64,000 bases of DNA from a bacterium (GCA_031385045.1 JANNBC010000016.1:15375-79374); one strand, 5' to 3'; numbered from the stretch's first letter, positions 38,972 through 47,323 are shown. Notes: a model not told the origin generated them from the sequence alone. A program made the numbers and translations.

Positions 38972-39568
38972 ATGCAGTATCTTCCTAAATCATTACAACG
39001 TTTAATTTCAGAATTAAACAAATTGCCAAGCGTCGGTGGTAAATCTGCCGCTCGCTTGGCTTATCACTTAATCAATTTCCCTCAGAACGCTGATGCCCTA
39101 GCCGCAGCCATGCGCGACGCCGCAGGTTCATTGCAACAATGTCAGCAATGTTATTTCATCACTGATGAAAAACTTTGTACTATTTGCAAAAGTACTAATC
39201 GAGATCATTCCGTAGTTTGTATTGTGGAAAAACCAGCCGATCTAATTGCCATTGAACAAGCTGGAGTTTTTCGTGGTTACTATCATGTCTTACACCAACT
39301 TTGGTCTCCAATTCGCGGACAAGGATTAGATGCCATGCACTTATCCGAGCTAGTCGAGCGTGCTAAAAAAGAAGAAGTTACCGAAGTTATTATTGCAACT
39401 GGTGCTACCGTAGAAGGTGAAGCAACCGCACTTTACTTAGCAAGATTGTTAACTGATAGTGGAATTAGAGCAACAAGATTAGCCCAAGGATTACCAAAGG
39501 GTGGAGATTTAGAATATCTTGATGATGTAACTCTTTCCCGCGCCCTTTCTGGCCGTACGATAATTTAG
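38972..39568 (+). CDS. recR: recombination protein RecR
   Basis: 198 aa. HhH 'LPSVGGKSAARLAYHL', the zinc finger 'CQQCYFITDEKLCTICKS', and a Toprim domain. Confidence 0.95.
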   Translation: MQYLPKSLQRLISELNKLPSVGGKSAARLAYHLINFPQNADALAAAMRDAAGSLQQCQQCYFITDEKLCTICKSTNRDHSVVCIVEKPADLIAIEQAGVFRGYYHVLHQLWSPIRGQGLDAMHLSELVERAKKEEVTEVIIATGATVEGEATALYLARLLTDSGIRATRLAQGLPKGGDLEYLDDVTLSRALSGRTII

Positions 39569-39751
39569 TGTTGTTTCAATTAAATTTTTTATATTAAAGT
39601 AATAACACTATCCACCGTAGCTAAAGCTTTGGTAAGACAAGTCCACCGTAGCCCATAGGGCGAAGGAGGATTATAGGCTCAGATATAAGACAAGCTTTAT
39701 TTAAGTAACTTAAATCACAAATAAATCTACCTATTTTGTACCGGCAATCTC

Positions 39752-39779
39752 TTGACTTTAATTTATTTTAAGGTAAATT
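39752..39779 (+). promoter_or_regulatory. candidate sigma70-type promoter for tRNA-Asn
   Basis: TTGACT (39752-39757), a 16-nt spacer, then TAAATT (39774-39779), about 17 nt upstream of the tRNA 5' end. Confidence 0.35.
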
Positions 39780-39795
39780 TTCAGTCCACAACTAT

Positions 39796-39868
39796 TCCCC
39801 GGTAGCTCAGTTGGTAGAGCAGTTGACTGTTAATCAATTGGTCGTAGGTTCGAGTCCTTCCCGGGGAG
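39796..39868 (+). tRNA. tRNA-Asn (anticodon GTT)
   Basis: The cloverleaf folds by hand: acceptor TCCCCGG/CCGGGGA, D arm GCTC-AGTTGGTA-GAGC, anticodon loop CTGTTAA, T loop TTCGAGT. One U-U mismatch in the T stem. CCA is not encoded. Confidence 0.93.
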
Positions 39869-39886
39869 TTTCTTCCTTTTTTATGA

Positions 39887-40237
39887 CTAGAAAAAACTAA
39901 CAGGATTTTGAGAGTCGAAATTATTTGGGAAAAGATTCTTTCTTGATTTAGTAAAATCTTGATTGATTTTTTGTTCTTGGATTGCAAGGACCATCGAAGC
40001 AACCTCAGGCAGCATATTCTTTAGGCTAATCTGATAAGTGGTTTTTAAGCTCTCAATAGCTGTAATAAACTGATGAGTAAAAGATCTGGATATAAAATTA
40101 ATATCTGTAAAATCAATAATAATTTGTTTTTTTGAGTCTGATTGAGAAAGGATTTCTTGAAGGATTAGATCTGTAGTTGTTCTAAGTGCAACCTGACTGG
40201 AATTTAGTAAATTCTTTAAGTAAATTGTTCTTTCCAT
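39887..40237 (-). CDS. DUF4325-like (STAS-like) small protein
   Basis: 116 aa. 'KKQIIIDFTDINFISRSFTHQFITAI' matches the core of STAS-like DUF4325 proteins as recalled from family knowledge, not from a search. Co-oriented with the GHKL ATPase 53 nt upstream. Confidence 0.55.
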   Translation of the reverse strand: MERTIYLKNLLNSSQVALRTTTDLILQEILSQSDSKKQIIIDFTDINFISRSFTHQFITAIESLKTTYQISLKNMLPEVASMVLAIQEQKINQDFTKSRKNLFPNNFDSQNPVSFF

Positions 40238-40290
40238 ATTGTTTATAATACTTCTTCTAAATAAAATTCGCTAGATAAATATATAATGAG

Positions 40291-41178
40291 CTATTTGGAT
40301 ATATATTTTAGTATATCGACTCTCGTTGTTGGGCGCATTAGCCTAGCACTAATTATTGTCCCCTGCCAATTAATCGGTATTGTTCCAAGTTTTGGTTCTA
40401 CTATATTTGAAGAATTATGATAGCAAGCATTCCCGCTAATCAGTGTAAATTCGCCTTGAAGTTCACTCGAGCAGAAAAGATTAATATTCGTCCCAATTCC
40501 GTATCCACGTTCATTTGGTGTTTCTAATTTAGAGGATTTGCCCTCAATCGCTTGACTCAAAGCATCGTAATGACTTGAGGTTCCAATTCCTCGCCGATCG
40601 TAACACCCTTTAAGACCAAGCCCATCGTCTAACAAGCAAATTTCAAGTTCTCCGCGAGTTGGCCAAAATTGACTGAAAATCCAAAAGTTTTCTGCTTCGG
40701 AATGTTGGATAACATTATCGCAAAGTTCAGAAATCAAGTATGAGATTGACCCTCGATAGTTTTCGCTGACTTCTTGATTCCTTTTAAGATATTCAATAAT
40801 GAAATGATCATATTCTGTTGAGATTCTCTCGATCAGGTTGATCCGATTCATTTCTGGTTTAATTAAATTGACATGGCAAATAGGCATTTGATTTTTATTG
40901 TCATCGGCGATTGGAGTTGTTGTACCTTCTGGAAAAAATATTGACGATAAAGAATTAGGAGTATTGAGGGATATATTGCAGTTTTCACTGAGTTTCGTAA
41001 TTTTAGCAGCTATAGGAAGTATGGTAAGAGGGGTTAGATAATGAATTTCTGATAAATCAATATTACTAGCAAACTCTTCCAGTGTTTTGAGATTATTGAC
41101 AAGCTCTTGTATTCTTTGAATGGGGTCTCTTTCTTGGGTTAATGATAGCTTGATCATGTTAGAAAGCTTAAGCGTCAA
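40291..41178 (-). CDS. GHKL-superfamily ATP-binding protein (RsbW/SpoIIAB-like HATPase domain with a ~140-aa unknown N-terminal domain)
   Basis: N-box 'ISELCDNVIQHS', G1 'LLDDGLGL', G2 'ERGYGIGTNI'. Start is either TTG 41178 or ATG 41157. Confidence 0.65.
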   Translation of the reverse strand: MTLKLSNMIKLSLTQERDPIQRIQELVNNLKTLEEFASNIDLSEIHYLTPLTILPIAAKITKLSENCNISLNTPNSLSSIFFPEGTTTPIADDNKNQMPICHVNLIKPEMNRINLIERISTEYDHFIIEYLKRNQEVSENYRGSISYLISELCDNVIQHSEAENFWIFSQFWPTRGELEICLLDDGLGLKGCYDRRGIGTSSHYDALSQAIEGKSSKLETPNERGYGIGTNINLFCSSELQGEFTLISGNACYHNSSNIVEPKLGTIPINWQGTIISARLMRPTTRVDILKYISK

Positions 41179-41232
41179 AATAGGTAAAGTAAAGTGGTTT
41201 TTAGTTGAAATGCTTGTTCTTATTTAGAGCGC

Positions 41233-41270
41233 TAGGTTTCGAAGCTCGACCGCCACGGGGAGTTTCTTTC
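41233..41270 (+). repeat. degenerate direct repeat of the tRNA-Asn 3' end (att-like copy 1)
   Basis: TAGGTTTCGAAGCTCGACCGCCACGGGGAGTTTCTTTC compared with tRNA 39845-39875 TAGGTTCGAGTCCTTCCCGGGGAGTTTCTTCC. They share the exact 13-mer CGGGGAGTTTCTT. Confidence 0.65.
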
Positions 41271-41280
41271 TACCGTCTTT

Positions 41281-41586
41281 TCAGCCAAGCTTTTCATTGA
41301 ATGGCGCACTCACTGAAAAGCCTAGCTTTTTATCTCTTAATGTTGTGTTCTGAATTAGATAATTAATAAAAGTCCTCTTTTCACTTATCTCAGAACTTTC
41401 AAAAATACGCTTAGCTCTTTTTGCTAAAGAAAAGACAGTGTTTGCAGTTAATAAGTAGTCCTGATCAGCCTTAGTAAAGATTTCAATCTCAATGTTTAAT
41501 TTTTGTTGATTAGATTTTAACTGGTACAGTTTTATTTCATAGTCTTCCTTAGCAATGCTCCAGTTTAAGAGTCTATCGTTAGACAC
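41281..41586 (-). pseudogene. C-terminal remnant of a large serine recombinase
   Basis: The 101-aa ORF has the coiled-coil/C-terminal pattern 'LLTANTVFSLAKRAKRIFESSEISEKRTFINYLIQNTTLRDKKL', familiar from large serine recombinases. The catalytic resolvase domain is absent. It lies directly next to att-like copy 1. Confidence 0.5.
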
Positions 41587-41695
41587 ATCATCATTAATGG
41601 TATCACCTAGCCAGACGTAAAGTCCAGGTTGATCATAGGATAAAAGTTTGCCCTACAATGTTTTTTGTAATGAGCCCCAGATTTTATAAATCTTA

Positions 41696-42850
41696 CTACT
41701 CAGCTACAATTTTGTTTATCAACTTCTTAAGTGCTCTAAGTGCTTTTGACTTAAGTGGAACGAAATTACTTTCGGATCGTTTTGCCGCAAGTGCCGCAGC
41801 ATTAACTGCTTTGACAGCAAGTTCGCTCGAAAGAATTAATTCATCTACAGTTTTATCTGTTCTTAAAGCTAGCTCGCCAGCAAAAGTATCGACATGACTA
41901 TCGGCAAGTTGCGTGGCACTTTTAGCTGCTTTTCCACCTTTGCCTACAGATAGTTTTTTTGTTTTATTAATCGCATCACTGACCAATGCTCGATAATCTG
42001 CTTGGCAATCGGTGAATCCAAAATTTGCGATAGTCGCTTTAACCTCAGAGGTTAAATCCCCAAAAAGATTGGCGGCATTTACTGTTGTCATTGAGCTAAA
42101 AACAGCAGCTCCTGTTGCGGCAAGCTCATTTGTTGAATTCAATTGAACAAATGAAGCGAGGCGCTTAGTTTCACCTGGTGCGAGCTTGAATGTGAATCTT
42201 GTAATAAGATTATCGGAGATTTGTATCGCAAGATCTGTCCTACTAGATAGACAACTTGGCCCTTGAGCGATAAAAGCGACAGCTGGATCACTTGGGGTAG
42301 TTGGATTATCACTTGTTACAATCCAACTATCATTATTAAAAAAACTTGTATCGCCGGAACTGCTGTATCTTTTTGCCGTACTTTCATCAGATCCAAGGTT
42401 GCCATAGATAAAGACTTCTGCAGTTCTAGCTACGGCGGTAGGATTTTCAATCGCAACTAAGAGTCGTGCTGTTGGAGAACCTCCAACGAGGTTACTAAAA
42501 AATAGGTATTGCCCTGTTACATTTAAACCGTCAATTGCTATTTTTTCAGCAGTAATAGCTGTTCCAAATGGGTTACCTTCCACTGAAATGTTAGACTGAT
42601 CTGCAGAACTACTTGGTATGTAGTCAACATTATTAACGGTCACTAAAAAGAACTCATCGAAGGCATCAGAATGACTGGGAATGCTTGCATCGCCAATATT
42701 GAAAGCTGGATTAAAATCAATTGAGGTCCATGTCGCCCCAGCCTCATTAACGGAGTCAACGGGCAATGATATTGGAGTGGCACTAGCAATTGAGCTAATC
42801 ATTAGCACTGCTAATAGACCTTTAATTTTGATAGCGGTTTTAATCTTCAT
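41696..42850 (-). CDS. secreted protein, unknown function (island cargo)
   Basis: 384 aa counted from ATG 42850 (GAGGA upstream). Signal peptide 'LLAVLMISSIASA'. Ala-rich helical C-terminus. No motif recognised. Confidence 0.6.
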   Translation of the reverse strand: MKIKTAIKIKGLLAVLMISSIASATPISLPVDSVNEAGATWTSIDFNPAFNIGDASIPSHSDAFDEFFLVTVNNVDYIPSSSADQSNISVEGNPFGTAITAEKIAIDGLNVTGQYLFFSNLVGGSPTARLLVAIENPTAVARTAEVFIYGNLGSDESTAKRYSSSGDTSFFNNDSWIVTSDNPTTPSDPAVAFIAQGPSCLSSRTDLAIQISDNLITRFTFKLAPGETKRLASFVQLNSTNELAATGAAVFSSMTTVNAANLFGDLTSEVKATIANFGFTDCQADYRALVSDAINKTKKLSVGKGGKAAKSATQLADSHVDTFAGELALRTDKTVDELILSSELAVKAVNAAALAAKRSESNFVPLKSKALRALKKLINKIVAE

Positions 42851-42931
42851 ATTTTCCTCAATTAACATTGATTGACAAAATGGGAATAACTAATCTGACC
42901 TTCGCCACATTTCTGGACAGGAGTCTCTCGG

Positions 42932-43078
42932 TTATTGACCAGCATAAATTAACTTAAATTTATATGGACTACAATCCCCAACAGACGAATGGATTCTTGT
43001 AGTAATATAGAAGTTTTCTATCAACCAGTAATAGCTGAACCATACGACAACATCAAGTAAAATTTTTTTTGATAAATA
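42932..43078 (-). pseudogene. remnant of an rve (DDE integrase/IS3-like OrfB) C-terminus
   Basis: The translation '..WLIENFYITTRIHSSVGDCSPYKFKLIYAGQ*' resembles the conserved '..YN..R.HSSLGY.SP.EF' end of rve-domain proteins. There is no upstream catalytic domain. Confidence 0.4.
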
Positions 43079-43570
43079 AGTGTTGAAACTAGAGCTAGGT
43101 GACTTTTTTAACTATCTTGTCATATTTTATCTAGAGTCAGGCAACTTTTGCGTAGCAATTTCTTAATTCATAATCACTTTAGTTCCTAAGCAACAATTTC
43201 TAAAAATTATCGATAAATCATAATAAAATTTTATGATAATTTAACTATGGAGATAATCAAAAAATACCTATAATCTATCTAAGTTTTTGATATCAGCAAA
43301 GTTTAGACAAGAGATCCTAACTTCAAATCTCAGTTATGTCCTAAGCAGAAATGGATAGGCAGAGTATGTGGTGCATAATCTAGAAGCTTTCCAACGGCTT
43401 TATGGGCTAGCAGATTATGCAAGAATTCGAATTGAGTCAGAGCGAACTGATTAACTAAGGAAGAGAAGCCAGATAACTGAGTAGGCTTTTTTAAAAAACT
43501 AGCCTGGTTTTAGTTTAAAAAGTTGAAAGATAGTTTTCTTGCAGAGAAACTTTAATCTTACCCCAATCAA

Positions 43571-43608
43571 GAGTCCTGAACTCTTTCAACTTGGGGAGTT
43601 TCCCTTTT
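43571..43608 (+). repeat. att-like copy 2 (weak)
   Basis: GAGTCCTGAACTCTTTCAACTTGGGGAGTTTCCCTTTT. It shares GAGTCC and the 10-mer GGGGAGTTTC, plus the downstream CTTTTCTAG, with the tRNA 3' flank. Confidence 0.45.
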
Positions 43609-43745
43609 CTAGTCAGATTCTGAATTTCATAAATGTCTTTAGTCAATTTGAGTAAGCTTCTAACATAATTTGAGTAGAAAGTGACCTGACTCTATTTGTA
43701 AGTAACGAGCTTAGTAAAAATATTGGATGGGAATCCCTATCAACA

Positions 43746-43858
43746 CTACAGGTGAATTTCTTCAAATTCATCAGGACTATAATGCCCCAACAAAGAATTC
43801 AATTTAAGGGTATTTTTATCCAGCAAAATAGTAAAGTTCACTTTTAAAATGTTAGGAG
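43746..43858 (-). pseudogene. second remnant of an rve-type integrase C-terminus
   Basis: '..KLNSLLGHYSPDEFEEIHL*'. The DNA GGACTATAATGCCCCAACAAAGAAT is about 80% identical to GGACTACAATCCCCAACAGACGAAT at 42967-42991. Confidence 0.35.
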
Positions 43859-44224
43859 TTATTCTAGTTTGCCTAATGCATACTGCATACCCGCCGCAAA
43901 TCCTCCCATCGCAACTAATGATAGGCTCATTAATCCCAATAGTTTTGCCACAGCTACAGACTTTACTGCAATCGTGTCATGAGAATGAAACTTCATCGAT
44001 TTCATAAAGTCAGTCACAGTGTCGCCCGTTTTTGGGGTCAAATTACTGTTAGTATGCAAGTCGGCAGAACGCTCTTTACTTGAACCACCACTCCTGGAAT
44101 ATTTAGCAATATTTTCTGGGCTAGAAGGACTTCCCATTCCAGGTGGCAGGGCATTAGCGTTGCCTATTCCAAACGAGGCAGCGGCCAATCCTGTTAATAA
44201 TAGTGATTTTTGAGTTTTTAGCAT
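43859..44224 (-). CDS. small secreted/membrane protein, unknown function
   Basis: 121 aa with an N-terminal signal peptide and a C-terminal hydrophobic helix. Confidence 0.45.
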   Translation of the reverse strand: MLKTQKSLLLTGLAAASFGIGNANALPPGMGSPSSPENIAKYSRSGGSSKERSADLHTNSNLTPKTGDTVTDFMKSMKFHSHDTIAVKSVAVAKLLGLMSLSLVAMGGFAAGMQYALGKLE

Positions 44225-44403
44225 TTAATCATCTTTTTTGAATATTATTATACAGGGTTATGTAGCTACTCTCCTCTGGTGTGATATGAATTATTTACCG
44301 TAATATTATTAAATGTTGAGTATTTGTATGTGTGAATTTTTAACGTAAATTTTGATAGGCTACTAACTTCTTCCAGATAAGTATTTGCGATAGTCTTTAA
44401 CTC

Positions 44404-44440
44404 TAAGTTTCGAAGCTTGACCGCTAAGGGGAGTTTTTTA
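44404..44440 (+). repeat. att-like copy 3
   Basis: TAAGTTTCGAAGCTTGACCGCTAAGGGGAGTTTTTTA, closely similar to copy 1. Confidence 0.6.
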
Positions 44441-44593
44441 CTACTCAGCATTCTGACAGAGTCCAAGTTCCTATAGTTTTTAAAATATAATAGTAGAATT
44501 GAATTGATGTCTATTGATTGCTTCTTCGCAATAACTCGATAAAGCTACTCAGCCCCATTTTAAATCTTGAGGAATTTAGTTGAAGAAGGTTTA

Positions 44594-45117
44594 TTATTCC
44601 TTTAAGGACTGGAACCCTAATTTTCTTTTTTTAGTTTCAATCGGTTGTTCAAGCTGGGAGATCACAAATCTGATCTCCTGTAATTCCTCGCTATGTTCTG
44701 AGAATCCTTTGGAGACTTTTTGTTCAAGTGCCTGTAACCGTTGTTTCAAATCAGTGTGTTCCTGTGCAACTTCCTTTAGTTTGAAAAAACTCGAACTAAC
44801 ATAATGCTAGCTTGAATTGCGATCTTACTGTTTAGCACATTAGCAGCCATAACTGCTCCATATTCAGTAAAGACTCTTGGAGATTTCCTTCTTCCGCCGT
44901 GGGCATAACTTGAAGTCGCAATTTGCGACTTCAAGTCTGTAACTTCTTGAATATTAAGAGAAAACATAAAGTCAGAGGGGAATCTTTCCAAGTTTCTAGT
45001 AACCTGTTCATTTAGGCGTTTTGTGTTGACACCATAAAGATCCGCCAAGTCGCTATCTAAAATAACCCTTTGACCTTTAATTATAATAATTCTTGATTCA
45101 ATCTCTTTAGTAAGTTT
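44594..45117 (-). pseudogene. ORF6N (KilA-N-like) domain protein, frameshifted and lacking a start codon
   Basis: 'IIIIKGQRVILDSDLADLYGVNTKRLNEQVTRNLERFPSDFMFSL...SQIATS..GGRRKSPRVFTEYGAVMAANVLNS' is the typical ORF6N core. The C-terminal half ('KEVAQEHTDLKQRLQALEQKV...ETKKRKLGF') continues in another frame after the A6 run at 44784-44789. There is no ATG, GTG or TTG after the upstream TAG until the internal TTG at 45048. Confidence 0.7.
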
Positions 45118-45383
45118 AAGTTTTGGTCTGGAACAACCCTACATGGCTTTAACTGCTTTACTGATACCAATTGCTACTATGATCATGATTAAAAAAGTGA
45201 AACCCACTTAGTTCAAAGTAGGAATATTCTCTGAGAAGAATTTTATGTTACTTGTTCCATCTTTCCCTCTTGTGCCACCCAACTCTAGTTCTAAGAGTAG
45301 CCGGTCTCTCTCGCCACCATTAACTTCTCAGTCCTTAGGTCAATGAATGTAAAAGACAGGCTACTTACTTATTGAAAACTAGT

Positions 45384-45974
45384 TTAAAAAACTGCAGCTG
45401 GAGTTTGCGTCATTGCCCAAGTTCCCCAAGCATAAAAATTAACACCATTTGTTTCATTGTAACCATATAGCGCTCCACCATAAATTGAGGATGTCGATAT
45501 GTCACCAGTCCCAGCATCAATAGCGTTATATAAGAAATACCTGTCCTCAAATTGTGTATCTAGATTATCTGCCAGAGTTTCATAGATACACAAGACTCCT
45601 TCTGGGGCAGTTGGGTTACTGAACGAACCAGTGCAGGTAGCATTCCAGGTATCTTTTTTTACAAAGACAACGGAACTTGGGGCTGTTTGTAGCTTAACGG
45701 GAAAGGAGATTTGTGCAGCAGCATAATTTTCGGCGGTTCCACCTGATAGATTCCAAACGCCAGTTTGAGTTACAGGAGCTTTATTTAAATCTGTTAAGGA
45801 AGAATAGCCTGTTGGACAACTTGAGCTTTCTATGGTGATGAGCTTTGGTGTTTTTATATTTACCTTGCCATTAACTACGCTAGCCTTTTTAGAATTTTTA
45901 AGGCAGATAATTTCTGCTTGCAAATTGCTGGCTAGAAGAAACAATCCTAAAGTAAGTAACGCTAAATTTTTCAT
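45384..45974 (-). CDS. secreted Cys-containing protein, paralog A (unknown family)
   Basis: Signal peptide. Shares motifs with 46460-47038: 'C.KN', 'KTP.L.T', 'CP.GY', 'WNL.G', 'CTGS', 'APTAP.GVLCIYE', 'YA.GTWA.T'. Confidence 0.65.
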   Translation of the reverse strand: MKNLALLTLGLFLLASNLQAEIICLKNSKKASVVNGKVNIKTPKLITIESSSCPTGYSSLTDLNKAPVTQTGVWNLSGGTAENYAAAQISFPVKLQTAPSSVVFVKKDTWNATCTGSFSNPTAPEGVLCIYETLADNLDTQFEDRYFLYNAIDAGTGDISTSSIYGGALYGYNETNGVNFYAWGTWAMTQTPAAVF

Positions 45975-46218
45975 TTTTATTTTCAAGAGTAAAAGATTGA
46001 GAGTTTTGGGTTATGCCCAAATTTTTTCAGATTAGATGATAGAAATATGAAAGTAAACAAATAAGTATCTTGCCCTAAGTTAGAGGGTAGGAGTGGAAAA
46101 CCACTTTGCCAAGATGGCTGTGAGAGTCAGGTAACTTATTACTAGAAATGCCAATCCAGCTTTTAATGAGTTTTATCAGATATTGGGACCCCCTAGAATG
46201 AATATCTGGGCTAGGATT

Positions 46219-46259
46219 ATAGGTTTCAAAGTTCGACAGCATTATAAAGAGTTTTGTTC
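46219..46259 (+). repeat. att-like copy 4 (most degenerate)
   Basis: TAGGTTTCAAAGTTCGACAGCATTATAAAGAGTTTTGTTC. The left half matches copy 1 at about 18 of 21 positions. Confidence 0.45.
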
Positions 46260-46459
46260 TTTTATTAATAGATTTTCCTTCCTAAATTCAAACACATACT
46301 AAACGCGATTTTTTAATTGTTAATACTACTAGATTATCGTGCTTCCAGTATCTTTCTTCGAATATTGCAATTCTCAATTAAGATTCCCTTCATGTATTTT
46401 ATTGCTTTAATATCCTAAAGGAAGTTATATTATTTTGCCAAGATTTATATGGAGACTAT

Positions 46460-47038
46460 ATGAAAAAAATTGTTCTAATATTACTGAGTATTATTTTCTG
46501 TACATTTAATATTCAAGCAGAAGTGGTGTGTATGAAAAATATCAAAAGATATAAAGTATCAGCTACTAGTAAAGTAAAAGTGAAAACACCTCAATTGTTA
46601 ACGACTGAAGATTTAACTTGCCCTGCTGGATATACTCAATTAGTAGAAGTTCCAAGCAAACCTACTACCTTTATTGGCTCATGGAATTTGGCAGGACAAG
46701 GAAATGGTAGCTATGGGGCGGCAAGTATTTCTTTTCCAGAACCTTTAGATTCCGATCCCAGCGAGGTTATTGTTGTGCAGTTTGGAACTAACAATGGGAC
46801 ATGTACAGGATCGTCTACCGCACCAACTGCTCCAGCAGGCGTGCTTTGTATTTATGAAGGTTATCAGAGTGGACTAAGGAGTGATTTTAATAATCGATAC
46901 AATGCCTTTACACCAGTCGATGACAGTGGTTCAGGGAGAAGCGCCTCAAGATTTGGAACAGCCTTATTTGGCTATCCAACTATTGCTTCGTCATTTGAAT
47001 ACTATGCTTTCGGTACTTGGGCGGTAACAAAACCATAA
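46460..47038 (+). CDS. secreted Cys-containing protein, paralog B (unknown family)
   Basis: 192 aa with a signal peptide and GGAGA upstream. Motifs shared with paralog A are listed under that feature. Confidence 0.65.
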   Translation: MKKIVLILLSIIFCTFNIQAEVVCMKNIKRYKVSATSKVKVKTPQLLTTEDLTCPAGYTQLVEVPSKPTTFIGSWNLAGQGNGSYGAASISFPEPLDSDPSEVIVVQFGTNNGTCTGSSTAPTAPAGVLCIYEGYQSGLRSDFNNRYNAFTPVDDSGSGRSASRFGTALFGYPTIASSFEYYAFGTWAVTKP

Positions 47039-47095
47039 TTTAAACTTTTACAGATAAGTAAAGGGTTACGCTAGCTAAAATGCGTGATAAATTAT

Positions 47096-47323
47096 TTTGT
47101 ATATACTAAAACACATTAAGTTTTTCCTTACGGCATGGAAAAATGCGAAGAGCATTTTCCGCTCATCGTGTTTTAGTATATTTGTTTTCCCCAATAATTA
47201 ACCTTATAAAATAAGGTTAATTACCTTAGCGACCCCCAAGGGTCGCCGCAAGCACTTCGTGCTTGATATACTAGGCGATTAGATTTGGACGGTAATTATC
47301 AATGTCGCCTAGTATATACAAAT
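47096..47323. repeat. 228-bp nested inverted-repeat element (MITE-like or structured RNA)
   Basis: Outer 13-bp inverted repeat TTTGTATATACTA (47096-47108) / TAGTATATACAAA (47311-47323). Inside are a 14-bp IR (47101-47114/47168-47181), an 11-bp hairpin (47196-47222), a GC hairpin (47229-47246), a UUCG-loop hairpin (47249-47266) and a 13-bp IR (47266-47278/47305-47317). Confidence 0.55.

Noticed and set aside
39781-40002. 73-aa minus-strand ORF
   Set aside because: It runs antisense through tRNA-Asn and overlaps the better-supported DUF4325-like ORF in another frame.
47096-47323. Interpretation of the nested inverted repeats as a retron msr/msd, an IS110 bridge RNA or an IS200/605 omega-RNA
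   Set aside because: No reverse transcriptase, IS110-type recombinase or TnpB/IscB gene lies anywhere nearby, because the flanking ORFs are a secreted protein and a truncated DUF2233 gene. The element is kept as an unexplained structured repeat, not assigned to these classes.
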